A stretch of 57,440 nt of DNA from Parabacteroides sp. GTDB taxonomy: Bacteria; Bacteroidota; Bacteroidia; Bacteroidales; Tannerellaceae. Below, piece after piece: positions 38,675-48,494 of this stretch (the first letter of the stretch is position 1; every line of letters starts with the position of its first letter). Below the pieces are notes generated by a model. It worked only from the letters and a program-made list of their open reading frames with translations. It had not been told where the DNA came from and ran no database searches. The translations under genes and the position numbers were made by a program. The stretch spans positions 1-57,440 of the forward strand of contig JAJPZM010000306.1 in NCBI GenBank assembly GCA_021204335.1, in the 5' to 3' direction.

Positions 38675-38843
38675 ATTACAAGTTTCTTTGCCGTCAGTTT
38701 TAACTGACGGTTTGCAAGCAGTTTCTCTCTTTTGGCTTTAGCCACATTTCTTTATAGAGACATTGAAAAATGGGACTAAAGTCCAAAGATAGAGAGTCAT
38801 TATCAGTCCGTCAGCTAAAGCAGACGGCAAATAAACCAGTAAT
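38675..38843. repeat. REPIN/BIME-like element: two inverted REP-like palindromes with an inner inverted pair
   Basis: TTTGCCGTCAGTTTTAACTGACGG ... GGCTTTAGCC ... GGACTAAAGTCC ... CCGTCAGCTAAAGCAGACGGCAAA. Confidence 0.75.
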
Positions 38844-38965
38844 GGCCAAGTGAGATTGATATGGGATAGCTCAAAACTGTCAAGAACTGAACACTCATAA
38901 CTGGCAAAAAGCGAAATACCCAACCCTATCAAATAATCATTCTATCCAAAGCGAACCACAACAGA

Positions 38966-39297
38966 TCATGAAAACATCTTATTAAGATGACGTGTTGCCA
39001 TCGATTTGATATATGCACGGGCTTCTTAGCCTTGAAGTAATACCAGGCGAAAAAACGATTCAACGTGTACAGATACTCTTCCTGCGGAACAAGATAATCC
39101 AACCAGACTTGCTTTATTTTCTTAAAAGGATAAATCTGGAACAGCTGGTTGATTTCGTCCAAATCAAGATGCAATAACGTTTTCTCAATCAGTATATCAT
39201 CCGGAATATCCTTGATTGAGCTTTCATTGTATGACCAGAAACAATGCTCTTGTTTCAGTTTCATCAATAAATCTTGTTTTATTGCATCGACAGACAT
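38966..39297 (-). CDS. Small DUF6922-like protein (putative type IV TA antitoxin); frameshift at about 39018
   Basis: FWSY...DDILIEKTLLH motif; the corrected frame ends AYIKSMATRHLNKMFS. Confidence 0.5.
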
Positions 39298-39380
39298 AAT
39301 CAACTTTTTATTGTATAGTCAAACAAAAGTAGTGATTATTCCTATCCGAAACAAACCGAAGCAAACATGTTTTAAAAGTC

Positions 39381-39419
39381 AGCCCCGCAAGCGACTGTTT
39401 TGGCAGTGCCTGCGGGGCT
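39381..39419 (-). terminator. Terminator of the arabinan PUL
   Basis: AGCCCCGCA/TGCGGGGCT stem just downstream of the DUF3823 gene. Confidence 0.7.
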
Positions 39420-39444
39420 TATTATTGCTAATCAATCAAGTTGG

Positions 39445-40173
39445 TCAGATCGAAACCTTAAACGGCTCCGTATAAACCATCGCGTCGATACCCTCAATCT
39501 TCAATCCCATGCGGGCATAGATGAAGCCGGTCGAAGGCAGAGAGTCGGATGTTGAATTAACCGACAAGCCACTCAGGTCGAGTTGCAGGGAAACCTGGTC
39601 GCCGGCAGCGGCAGCAGTCGTTATTGAGCCGGCTGTGCCGCCGAAGTTATACGAGTCATCGATGATGACATTGCGGCCGGCGTAGAGACCGACAAACTCG
39701 ATGTTGCGCCCGCCGGCAATCTGGCGAACCGAGCAAGTGCCCGAAACAACCTTGTTGCTGCAAGTGATGGCTGCATTGTCGAGCAGGTAGTAAGGAGTTA
39801 CCGGGATATCGACAGTTTGTCCGCTCCGGCAGTTCTCGACAGTAATCGTATCGGCAGCCGTCGGGTTTTCCCAAGGACCGACGTTTTCTATACGGATCAG
39901 TTTATAGGTTTTGCCGGTATAAACGCTGGCACTGAATGTACCGTCCTGAGCTACCTGCACCGTCAGATAAGTGCTGGCAGACAATTCCCAACCCGGTTCG
40001 TAGAGATGGAAGCTCACCTGGTTGTTCTTCACGTTGACAGGCTGCCCGTCGTAGACCATACGTCCGGTCAGTGTCGTATTGGGAGCTTCGTAGTTATCGT
40101 ATTCGCAGGAAGTGAACAGGATAACGAAAGCAGCTACTAAGAATAATGTTATATTTTTCATATCTGTAATCAT
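39445..40173 (-). CDS. DUF3823 PUL surface lipoprotein
   Basis: FTSCEYDNYEAP, LTGRMVYDG, VAQDGTF, IPVTPY; lies downstream of susD. Confidence 0.85.
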   Translation of the reverse strand: MITDMKNITLFLVAAFVILFTSCEYDNYEAPNTTLTGRMVYDGQPVNVKNNQVSFHLYEPGWELSASTYLTVQVAQDGTFSASVYTGKTYKLIRIENVGPWENPTAADTITVENCRSGQTVDIPVTPYYLLDNAAITCSNKVVSGTCSVRQIAGGRNIEFVGLYAGRNVIIDDSYNFGGTAGSITTAAAAGDQVSLQLDLSGLSVNSTSDSLPSTGFIYARMGLKIEGIDAMVYTEPFKVSI

Positions 40174-40178
40174 CTTTA

Positions 40179-42074
40179 TTAATTGTAGTTCGGATTCTGT
40201 ACCAACTTCGGATTCTTATTCAAGTCGTCCTGGCTGAAGGATGAATAATAATTACCTACGCGGAAGTTGCGGGGTGCTCTGAAACGCGGGGCAATCTCAC
40301 GTTCGAAGATATACTTGCCATCGTTCGGGCCACCGATCACGCGGTAAGGATAAAGGGCATACAACATGGTGTTTTCAGACTGAACGCCATTCCACAGAGT
40401 ATGCGCTTTACGCAGACGCTTCATATCCCAGTAACGATGGTCTTCCATAGCCAGTTCGCAACGGCGCTCTTTCAGCAGGTTGTCAATCGTCAGGTCGGCA
40501 GCCGTCCATGAGTTGGCTCCGAAACCGGCACGCTGGCGTACGGCATTTACATATTGCAAAGCCTTCCCTGTCTGTCCCAGTTCCATCGCAGCTTCGGCCG
40601 CATTCAGATAAACCTCTCCCATGCGGAAGTAAACCCACCAGATATAAGAACCCTGACCACGGGCAGACGAACCGGCTGTTTCATCCACATATTTACGCAG
40701 GTTGAAACCGGTATTGGTATAAGTGGCACGATTCAGAGGGCCGTCTTTGCCAACAAACGTTCCGTCGTCGGCATTCGGATGATTGTCGGCTGCTTCATAT
40801 TTGGAATTAGGTTCGGAACCATCAACAAGGAGGTAAGAACCATTCTGGTAAACGGCGACACCGGCCTGTACATCGAGATAAGCACCTTTAAATTCCTGTT
40901 CGGGAAGCAGACAGGTTCCCTGCAAGCGATAGTCGCGACCGGCGAAGATGTCTGAACGGTTGTCGTAAGCGATATAATTGCCGCTGGCATCCTTATCGGC
41001 AAGACGGGTATTGCTACCATCCAGCAGAGAGTAAGACTCAACCAACTGAAGCGTCGGGCAAAGGTCGGAACCATTATCATTGTCTTCGTTCATCGACTGG
41101 GCGATATTGGAAAACGAGAAGTTATGGAACTTGCTGGCGGAATAATCCTTACTCCAAATCACTTCCGTATTGTTGTCTTTCGAACAAACGGCATTATAGA
41201 AAGCATCGGCGGAAGGGGCATCTACACCTTGCAAACGGAATACACCGTCATTAATAATTTCTTCTGCACAAGCCAGCGCCTTTTCGTAATAAGGCGTTGG
41301 ATCTTCCCCTGTCATACCAACAACACCTGCTTGCAACGAAGATGAAACCGGGTTGGTCATTGCAGCATTATATTTGGCAATTGAACCGGCGTAGAGCATC
41401 GCACGACTTGCCAGTGCCAAAGCGGCATATTTATTTGCCTGTGATACATGTACAGAAGCATTGTTGGCAGCCAGGGCTTCTTTGATAGCCATACATTCGT
41501 CATATACATAATTATATACTTCGGCTTCCGAAGAACGCGGGATCTGTAACTCGGTTACGTCCATGCCCGCTGTATATTCCATCGTCTTTGTTACCAAAGG
41601 CACACCACCCATACGACGGTTCATCTCGAAATAAGCATAAGCGCGTAGGAAACGGAATTCTCCGTCGAATGTAGCAATACTTCTTTCTTCCAGAGTCGAT
41701 GTTTCCAGTTTTTCGATTCCTTGGTTGATCTTATAGATATACTCGTAGTTGTAATAACGTAGCAAGTCGTAGGAATAAGAGACCATCTGGTTGCGGGCAG
41801 TTTCAACATCCTGGTTCATCAGTCCGCACCACATAATATCGTCGAACAAAGAGAAGTTGGTGTCGTCGTCGAGCGAGCCGTTCATTTCGACATCGTTATA
41901 CAGGTTGGCAAGCACGCTTGTCACCATTGTATTGTCGTTCCATACCTGATCGTCGGTCAGGAAATCGGATGGCTCTGTATGGCCCAGCCACTCGTCGCAG
42001 CTAGTCAGCGAACCGCCCATCAGCGCCATTGCCAGGCAAAAGATATATACTAAATTCTTTTTCATACCATTCAA
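40179..42074 (-). CDS. susD: SusD/RagB glycan-binding lipoprotein
   Basis: Lipobox LTSCD, GE.RFLRAYAYF...GGVPL, FRMGEVYLNAAEA, ERRCELAMEDHRYWD, QNPNY. Confidence 0.95.
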   Translation of the reverse strand: MNGMKKNLVYIFCLAMALMGGSLTSCDEWLGHTEPSDFLTDDQVWNDNTMVTSVLANLYNDVEMNGSLDDDTNFSLFDDIMWCGLMNQDVETARNQMVSYSYDLLRYYNYEYIYKINQGIEKLETSTLEERSIATFDGEFRFLRAYAYFEMNRRMGGVPLVTKTMEYTAGMDVTELQIPRSSEAEVYNYVYDECMAIKEALAANNASVHVSQANKYAALALASRAMLYAGSIAKYNAAMTNPVSSSLQAGVVGMTGEDPTPYYEKALACAEEIINDGVFRLQGVDAPSADAFYNAVCSKDNNTEVIWSKDYSASKFHNFSFSNIAQSMNEDNDNGSDLCPTLQLVESYSLLDGSNTRLADKDASGNYIAYDNRSDIFAGRDYRLQGTCLLPEQEFKGAYLDVQAGVAVYQNGSYLLVDGSEPNSKYEAADNHPNADDGTFVGKDGPLNRATYTNTGFNLRKYVDETAGSSARGQGSYIWWVYFRMGEVYLNAAEAAMELGQTGKALQYVNAVRQRAGFGANSWTAADLTIDNLLKERRCELAMEDHRYWDMKRLRKAHTLWNGVQSENTMLYALYPYRVIGGPNDGKYIFEREIAPRFRAPRNFRVGNYYSSFSQDDLNKNPKLVQNPNYN

Positions 42075-42078
42075 TTAA

Positions 42079-45000
42079 TTAGAAGCTGAGATTAAAACCA
42101 AATGAGAATGTGCGTAAGTTAGGAGTAACCAATGCACTGTTTGATTGAATTTCCGGGTCGAGCTGATACGCGCTCAGATTATCGATGCTAAACAAGTTGT
42201 AGGCATTTGCATAGATACGCAGACGGTCTACAAAGAACTTGCTGGAGATAGACTTCGGCAGGGTATAACCCAGTTCGAGGGTACGCAGCTTGATATAATA
42301 GGTGTTATGCAACCAGAAATCGGAATAGTTGGTGAAGCTCACATTGGCTCCGGCATAACGGGTAGCAGGGAACTTGCCGGCAATCCATTCGCTGTTCGCA
42401 TCCGTAGGGTCGGCACGATGCCAGGAGTCGGTCAGCAAATAAGCGGTCGAGTTACCGTCGCCCTGGAACGGGTAAGCTACTTCCCAACACATGTGATAAG
42501 ACTGTCCGGCAGCACCGGCGAAGTCGGCTTTCAGGTCGATGCCTTTCCATTCAAATGAGGTATTCAGACCGAAGCTGATATACGGCAACTGTTCAGGTGC
42601 ATAACCTATCGGACGTTCATCCAGGCTATTGATTACACCGTCGCCGTTCTGGTCTTTATAGATAAGATCACCCGGAAGCATGGTCGTATTGCCTTGTCCG
42701 TCATTATCTACCGGGTAGTTCTGGATTTGTTCGTAATCCTGGAAACGGCCTATGACCTCATAGCCCCAGGTGCTAACCCAACGATTCTCTGTCGAATTGC
42801 GGTATTCATCCCAGCTCGAACCGAAACGCGGCTTGTAGGAATCTCCTATCATCTTACGGGCCAGCGTGAAGTTGCCGCCTACTGAATAAGTCAGTTCCCT
42901 GTATGTATCGCGCCAGTTGATGCCCAGTTCCAAGCCTTTATGGTAATCGGAGTTCAGGTTTTCTTGTGCCAGCGAGAAGCCTACTTCAGTCGGAACCAAC
43001 ACGTCGTAACGCAAACTGGGCAAGCCGGTACGTTTACGTTGGAAGATTTCAAAAGTACCGCTCAAACGGTCGTCGAAGAAACCGTAATCCAAACCGATAT
43101 TAATCAGGGTCGATTTAATCCATGACAAGGTAGTAATAGGAGTACCGCGGTAAACAACTCCGGTTACGGTATTACCATTCAGCACTGCGTTGCCCGAGCC
43201 GTAAGTATAGCCGTCCAGGAAGGAATAAGGACTGACGATGTCATCCAGATAGCTGTCGCCATCGTAGTCTGCGTCGAGTTTGTCGTCACCCATCTGTCCC
43301 CAGGAAGCACGAATCTTCAGGTTTGACAGTTTGGTCGTTTCTTTTACGCCAGACATAAATGATTCTTCCGAGAGTCTCCAACCTGCCGATACGGAAGGGA
43401 AGAAACCCCAGCGGTTACCTTCCTGGAAAAGGTAAGAACCATCGTAACGTCCGCTGAATTCAGCAAAGTAAGTGCTCTTATAATCGTAAGCGGCACGAAA
43501 AACCATACCGGCACGACGAGCGGTTGTCATCACGGTTTCCATCGACTGCATGTCGGCGATACCGTTTGTCAACGCGATATAATTGTTTGTCGGCAGGGTG
43601 TTATACTGCAACCAGTCTCTTTTCTTTTCGAAAGTTTCGACACCCAAAACGCCGGATACATGGTGCATCTGGTTGAAAGTATGGTCGTAGTTCAACTGAG
43701 CCTGGAAAGTCTGTTCCACCCTTTCCTCTTTGATACGACGGCGCCAGGGGTTCTGGTTTCCCCATTCTTCGTTATAGGTGTCTGTTGCCTTGTCATAGGT
43801 ATATACTTTATAGGTGTACTCGAACTGTTCCTGGTCGTTGCGGGCAATCCAGTAGTTGTAAGCGACTCTTGCCGTCAAGCCTTCAATCGGGGCTTGCCAT
43901 TCGGCATAGGCGTTGACGTTTGCCGATTTCCAGATATCATCCGTATAACCGGTAATGTCCTTGTCGAAGATGGCGGCGCCGGTAGCGTTATTACGCGTGC
44001 TGTTTACGTAATCGGGATTGTCGTTGGCATACGCATGTTGAGTCGGCCAATTCTGGAACATTGCATAATAAGGTTGCCAGTAGTCATCCAGACCGGGCAC
44101 ACCAACGTTATGGCGTTCCTCGACACGTCCATTCAAACGGGCACCAATCTTCAACGACTTCGTAATGTTGGCTTCGATGTTACTCTGCAAGTTGGTACGA
44201 GCAAAATTGAATCCGTTAATCATTGCTTCCTGGTCGAGGTGAGAAACACCGAAGTGATAGTTAATCTTTTCGGAACCACCCGTTGCACTTATATTACCGT
44301 ACCAGATAGGAGCATTCTTGTTGGTGATGAACTTCTGCCAGTCGAAGCTGGAGTATTCGCCCTGTCCCTGACGATACAGATTCAATTCTTCCATGGTGCG
44401 GGCGGTATAACCGTATGTGTTCAGGTCTGCCTGCATGCGTCCTTCATAGAACTGGGCAGCGTTGGCCACTTCCGGGTAACGCATGAAGTTCTGGATACCG
44501 TAATAAGCGTTGGCGGTAATCTGGTTCTTCTCACCGCGCTTACCTGACTTGGTCGTAACCAAAACAACACCGTTGGCCGCACGCAAACCGTAGATGGCTG
44601 CCGACGCATCCTTCAGGATAGTAATACTTTCGATGTCATTTATGTCGATATTATTAAACTGCCCTTCTTCACACTGTATTCCGTCGATTACATACAACGG
44701 CGTACCCATGTTACGGATCTGGATAGCAGCACTGGCACCCGGACGACCGTCGGCCTGGCGGGCTGAGATACCCGGTGTTTTACCAACCAACGCACCGGCA
44801 GTCGTCGGAGTGGTGGTGCGGGTCAGTTCTTCCGATTTAACGCTGCTGATAGCGCCGGTCAACGATCCCTTTTTCTGCGTACCGTAACCAACGACAATAA
44901 CTTCTTCCAAAGCTTCGCTGTCCTCTTTCAACTGTACATTGACAGTCTTCTTGCCGGCAATGGAAACTTCCTGTGGAGCGTAACCGATATAGGAGAATAC

Positions 45001-45252
45001 CAGTACTTTCCCGTTGCCTGCATCCAGCGTAAAGACTCCATCCATATCCGTAATGGTCCCTACGGTAGGATTTTCCTTTATTACTACATTAACCCCGATC
45101 AACGGTTCACCGCTGCCGTCGGTTACTTTACCTGTTACCACATTTGATTGTGCCATGAGCTGGAAGCTACAGGCTAGTAAGAATAAGAGGACTACCGGTA
45201 ACCGAAATAGTTGCCTGCTTTTCATTAATTGATGATCCATAATAAACTGCAT
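42079..45252 (-). CDS. susC: SusC/RagA TonB-dependent transporter
   Basis: GTITDMDG, LEEVIVVGYGTQKK, DIESITILKDASAAIYG.RAANGVVLVTTK, RWGFFPSVSAGWR, terminal F. Confidence 0.97.
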   Translation of the reverse strand: MQFIMDHQLMKSRQLFRLPVVLLFLLACSFQLMAQSNVVTGKVTDGSGEPLIGVNVVIKENPTVGTITDMDGVFTLDAGNGKVLVFSYIGYAPQEVSIAGKKTVNVQLKEDSEALEEVIVVGYGTQKKGSLTGAISSVKSEELTRTTTPTTAGALVGKTPGISARQADGRPGASAAIQIRNMGTPLYVIDGIQCEEGQFNNIDINDIESITILKDASAAIYGLRAANGVVLVTTKSGKRGEKNQITANAYYGIQNFMRYPEVANAAQFYEGRMQADLNTYGYTARTMEELNLYRQGQGEYSSFDWQKFITNKNAPIWYGNISATGGSEKINYHFGVSHLDQEAMINGFNFARTNLQSNIEANITKSLKIGARLNGRVEERHNVGVPGLDDYWQPYYAMFQNWPTQHAYANDNPDYVNSTRNNATGAAIFDKDITGYTDDIWKSANVNAYAEWQAPIEGLTARVAYNYWIARNDQEQFEYTYKVYTYDKATDTYNEEWGNQNPWRRRIKEERVEQTFQAQLNYDHTFNQMHHVSGVLGVETFEKKRDWLQYNTLPTNNYIALTNGIADMQSMETVMTTARRAGMVFRAAYDYKSTYFAEFSGRYDGSYLFQEGNRWGFFPSVSAGWRLSEESFMSGVKETTKLSNLKIRASWGQMGDDKLDADYDGDSYLDDIVSPYSFLDGYTYGSGNAVLNGNTVTGVVYRGTPITTLSWIKSTLINIGLDYGFFDDRLSGTFEIFQRKRTGLPSLRYDVLVPTEVGFSLAQENLNSDYHKGLELGINWRDTYRELTYSVGGNFTLARKMIGDSYKPRFGSSWDEYRNSTENRWVSTWGYEVIGRFQDYEQIQNYPVDNDGQGNTTMLPGDLIYKDQNGDGVINSLDERPIGYAPEQLPYISFGLNTSFEWKGIDLKADFAGAAGQSYHMCWEVAYPFQGDGNSTAYLLTDSWHRADPTDANSEWIAGKFPATRYAGANVSFTNYSDFWLHNTYYIKLRTLELGYTLPKSISSKFFVDRLRIYANAYNLFSIDNLSAYQLDPEIQSNSALVTPNLRTFSFGFNLSF

Positions 45253-45273
45253 TAAATTTAATTGTTTATGTGT

Positions 45274-46770
45274 CTATTTTATTCGTTTTCCCCAGACGGA
45301 GAAGCCATGAGAATCGAGCCCGGTAAACAGGATTGTTTTCATCTCGTTCTCCCAGTCTTGCCCCGCATGCGGGATAAGTCCTTGTATATCTTCATTCCCG
45401 AGACGGACAGTCAATCCGTTTTCCGGAGTATAAGTCCAGCTTCCCTCCTGCTCACCCGCAATTTTACCATCCGGTGTAAAGGTGTAGTGGACGGAGACGT
45501 TCATTTCATTTTCACGCAGCTCACCTTCTCCCCACAGGATTTGACCGGCCCAAAGTTCCCGTTCATACTTGCTGTCGCGGATCAGGATGATCTCCCATTC
45601 GCCGGCGAGATCTTCTTTCGTAAAATCCTGCTGCGGAATAGCGGCATATCTTTCGGGAGAGACAACTGGCCAGCCGTCTTTCGTCCAGAATATTTCGCGG
45701 AGATGAAGATCCATCAATTGGTTGGAAGGGCTGAGACGTCCCTGGTGCATCATGAAATAGCGCCCGTTGTCATTGACCACCCCGCAATGGGCAGTGCCCG
45801 CCCAGCCCGGATGGTTGTCGAAACGGTAGGGATGGGTAAGGATCGGATAGTTATTCGTTTCTTCACTCATATCTTTCCCGAACAGGTCGAAGAACGGACC
45901 TTCCGGTTTGTCGGAACGGCCGACGCGGACATTGTAGGTCGTCATCAGCGGGTCGTAGGAAACGAAGAGATAGTATTTCTTCAATTCCGGGTCATAAATG
46001 ATTTCCGGTGCTTCGATATTATTCTTCTTTCCATCGGCACGACGGGCGATGCTGTGTCCCTGGTCGCCGGCACGCATGGCAAGACCGGTTTCGGGGTCTA
46101 GCTGCATTTCGTATAAACCACCGAAATAGGAGCCGTACACCATCCAGTGCTCTCCATTCTCAGTTATCACGACGCTGGGGTCGATCGCATTCATAACCGA
46201 AGTAGAGTCGGTCTTTACCACACAGCCTTTCTGTTGCCAGGGGCCTTCGGGGGAATCGGATTCCGCCATGCCCAGATAAGAGACCGATTTGCCAAAGGCT
46301 GAGACGCAATAGTACAAGCGGAACTTATCCTTATACTGCTCCAAGTAAGGAGCCCAGATATTCTCTGCTCCTTTTCCGTCGGCATGACTCCGCACATGTT
46401 CGACTGCTTCTGTCGGAATTTCCGGGAATGCCCAACCGGCAAACTCCCAGTTTACGAGGTCTTTCGATTTACGCACCTGGATATATCCGAGCGGAACGCC
46501 AGCTTCCTGTGCTTCTTCCTTATTCTCGCGGAAAATAGCGTCGGTGGAATACATATAAAATGTATCTCCTATTTTCCGGCAAGACGGGTCGTGCACATTA
46601 TAAGTACCCCACAAACGATAATCTTTCATGGCAGAGACAGATGTATAATCGTCTGCCCAGGGATTAGGGTTCTTCTCCGGGGCAAACGGCTGCCTGCCTA
46701 AACTACATCCGGAGACAACAAGGGTGGTGGCAGCCATTAAAATGGCTGCCTGAATGATTGACTTACACAT
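45274..46770 (-). CDS. GH43 endo-1,5-alpha-L-arabinanase lipoprotein
   Basis: VHDPS, IWAP, NAIDP, YGSYFGG, IEAPEI, TYNVRVGRS. Confidence 0.9.
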   Translation of the reverse strand: MCKSIIQAAILMAATTLVVSGCSLGRQPFAPEKNPNPWADDYTSVSAMKDYRLWGTYNVHDPSCRKIGDTFYMYSTDAIFRENKEEAQEAGVPLGYIQVRKSKDLVNWEFAGWAFPEIPTEAVEHVRSHADGKGAENIWAPYLEQYKDKFRLYYCVSAFGKSVSYLGMAESDSPEGPWQQKGCVVKTDSTSVMNAIDPSVVITENGEHWMVYGSYFGGLYEMQLDPETGLAMRAGDQGHSIARRADGKKNNIEAPEIIYDPELKKYYLFVSYDPLMTTYNVRVGRSDKPEGPFFDLFGKDMSEETNNYPILTHPYRFDNHPGWAGTAHCGVVNDNGRYFMMHQGRLSPSNQLMDLHLREIFWTKDGWPVVSPERYAAIPQQDFTKEDLAGEWEIILIRDSKYERELWAGQILWGEGELRENEMNVSVHYTFTPDGKIAGEQEGSWTYTPENGLTVRLGNEDIQGLIPHAGQDWENEMKTILFTGLDSHGFSVWGKRIK

Positions 46771-46788
46771 AAATGATACGTGTTTAAA

Positions 46789-48342
46789 TTATTTCAATTC
46801 GATAGTTACCAAAGATTTAGCTGGAACTTTTACGGTCAATTCCCCATTCTTGTATTTAACTCCTTTGAAGTTTGTCAGGCGCACCGTGTTCGGTTCATCA
46901 AATGTATTGCAGGCACGTACATTTTCTGCGGTAATAATCTGACCGTCTGTTACGCCGGAAGCGTTTGTACCCCGCAGTGAGCAGGATATTTCAATATCGT
47001 TTGCCGGATCGATGTTGACCAGCGAAATATGGATGGCACCGTCTTTGTCTTTTGAAGCAGAGGCACTGATTGCCGGAAGGCTGCGCCCCAGACGTTCGTA
47101 GTTACCGCATTTCAAGTCGAGAGGAAGCAGGGTTGCATCCTGATGTACCTTATACATATCGAATACATGGTAAGTAGGAGTCAGAATCATCTTATCGCCG
47201 TCTGTCAGAATCATTGCCTGCAGGACATTTACCATCTGGGCGATATTGGCCATCTTTACACGGTCGCAATGTTTCTGGAAGATGTTCAGGGAAACGCCGG
47301 CAAGCAAAGCATCGCGCAAAGTGTTCTGCTGGTAAAGGAAGCCCGGGTTCGTTCCCGGTTCCACGTTATACCAGGCACCCCATTCGTCGATAATCAGTCC
47401 CAGACGTTTTTCTGGGTCGTACTGGTCCATGATACCAGTATGGCGTTCGATGAGTTCTTCGATGTGGGCTGCGTTTTCGATGGTGCGGAAATATTCGTTG
47501 TCATCAAAGCCGGTTGCATTTCCTTTATTTGTCCAGCTATCGGCAAACGTATAACAATGTAAGGAGATTCCGTCCATCATCGGGGTGGGAATATTCTTCA
47601 TTAACGTGTTTGTCCAGCGATAATCGTCCACGTTAGGGCCGCCGGCAATTTTAAAGAGGTGGTTAGTGCCATAGTTACGGCAATAAGTAGCGTAACGGCG
47701 ATAGTTTTCGGCATAACCTTCGGGGGACATATTTCCACCACATCCCCAGTTTTCGTTTCCTACGCCCCAAAATTTCACATTCCAAGGTTTCTCACGACCG
47801 TTTTGTTTACGCAGGTTTGCCATCGGGCTTTCGCCATCGAAGGTGATGTATTCGACCCATTTCGACATTTCTTCTACCGAGCCGCTACCCATGTTGCCAC
47901 AGATATAAGGTTCGGTGCCCAGTTCTTCGCAAAGATTCAGAAATTCGTGCGTACCGAAACTGTTGTCTTCCGTCACGCCGCCCCAATGGGTATTGACCAT
48001 TTTCGGACGCTGGTCGCGTGGACCGATACCATCGCGCCAGTGGTATTCATCGGCAAAACATCCGCCCGGCCAACGCAGATTGGGTATCTTTATCTGTTTA
48101 AGGGCGGCGATAACATCGTTTCTTACGCCATTCGTATTAGGGATTTTCGAATCTTCCCCTACCCACAGGCCGCCATAGATACATCTTCCCAAATGTTCGG
48201 AAAACTGTCCGTAAATATGTCTGCTGATTGTCTCGGTTCCCAAATCGGCATTAACAACCATCTGGGCTTTCTCCTGCGCGAAGATAAATGGGATTGCCAT
48301 AAAAAGCAATAACCCGGTTAACAAATTCCGTTGTGTATTCAT
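46789..48342 (-). CDS. GH51 alpha-L-arabinofuranosidase
   Basis: [52 protein letters not shown]. Confidence 0.95.
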   Translation of the reverse strand: MNTQRNLLTGLLLFMAIPFIFAQEKAQMVVNADLGTETISRHIYGQFSEHLGRCIYGGLWVGEDSKIPNTNGVRNDVIAALKQIKIPNLRWPGGCFADEYHWRDGIGPRDQRPKMVNTHWGGVTEDNSFGTHEFLNLCEELGTEPYICGNMGSGSVEEMSKWVEYITFDGESPMANLRKQNGREKPWNVKFWGVGNENWGCGGNMSPEGYAENYRRYATYCRNYGTNHLFKIAGGPNVDDYRWTNTLMKNIPTPMMDGISLHCYTFADSWTNKGNATGFDDNEYFRTIENAAHIEELIERHTGIMDQYDPEKRLGLIIDEWGAWYNVEPGTNPGFLYQQNTLRDALLAGVSLNIFQKHCDRVKMANIAQMVNVLQAMILTDGDKMILTPTYHVFDMYKVHQDATLLPLDLKCGNYERLGRSLPAISASASKDKDGAIHISLVNIDPANDIEISCSLRGTNASGVTDGQIITAENVRACNTFDEPNTVRLTNFKGVKYKNGELTVKVPAKSLVTIELK

Positions 48343-48374
48343 GTCTATTAAATTTATGCGTCTTTTAACGACAC

Positions 48375-48431
48375 CAAATGTAGAATGAACACTTTAGGGG
48401 CAGGTGGATATATTGCTTTTTGTGGTGGATA
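48375..48431 (-). promoter_or_regulatory. PUL promoter (TACATTTG) with a tandem TATCCACC direct repeat, candidate HTCS operator
   Basis: GGTGGATA at 48403 and 48424 (21-bp period); -7 box at 48382-48375. Confidence 0.7.
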
Positions 48432-48494
48432 AAAGTGTATTTAGCACATCGAACATATCTTTTCCCAATTATATTCTATCTTTGTAGTAAAGAT

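Noticed and set aside
45262-46101. 279-aa plus-strand ORF opposite GH43
   Set aside because: Antisense shadow with no motif support.
48420-48494. N-terminal extension of the ABC subunit from the upstream TTG
   Set aside because: A -7 promoter box at about 48477-48484 lies inside the extension, so ATG 48495 is the more likely start.
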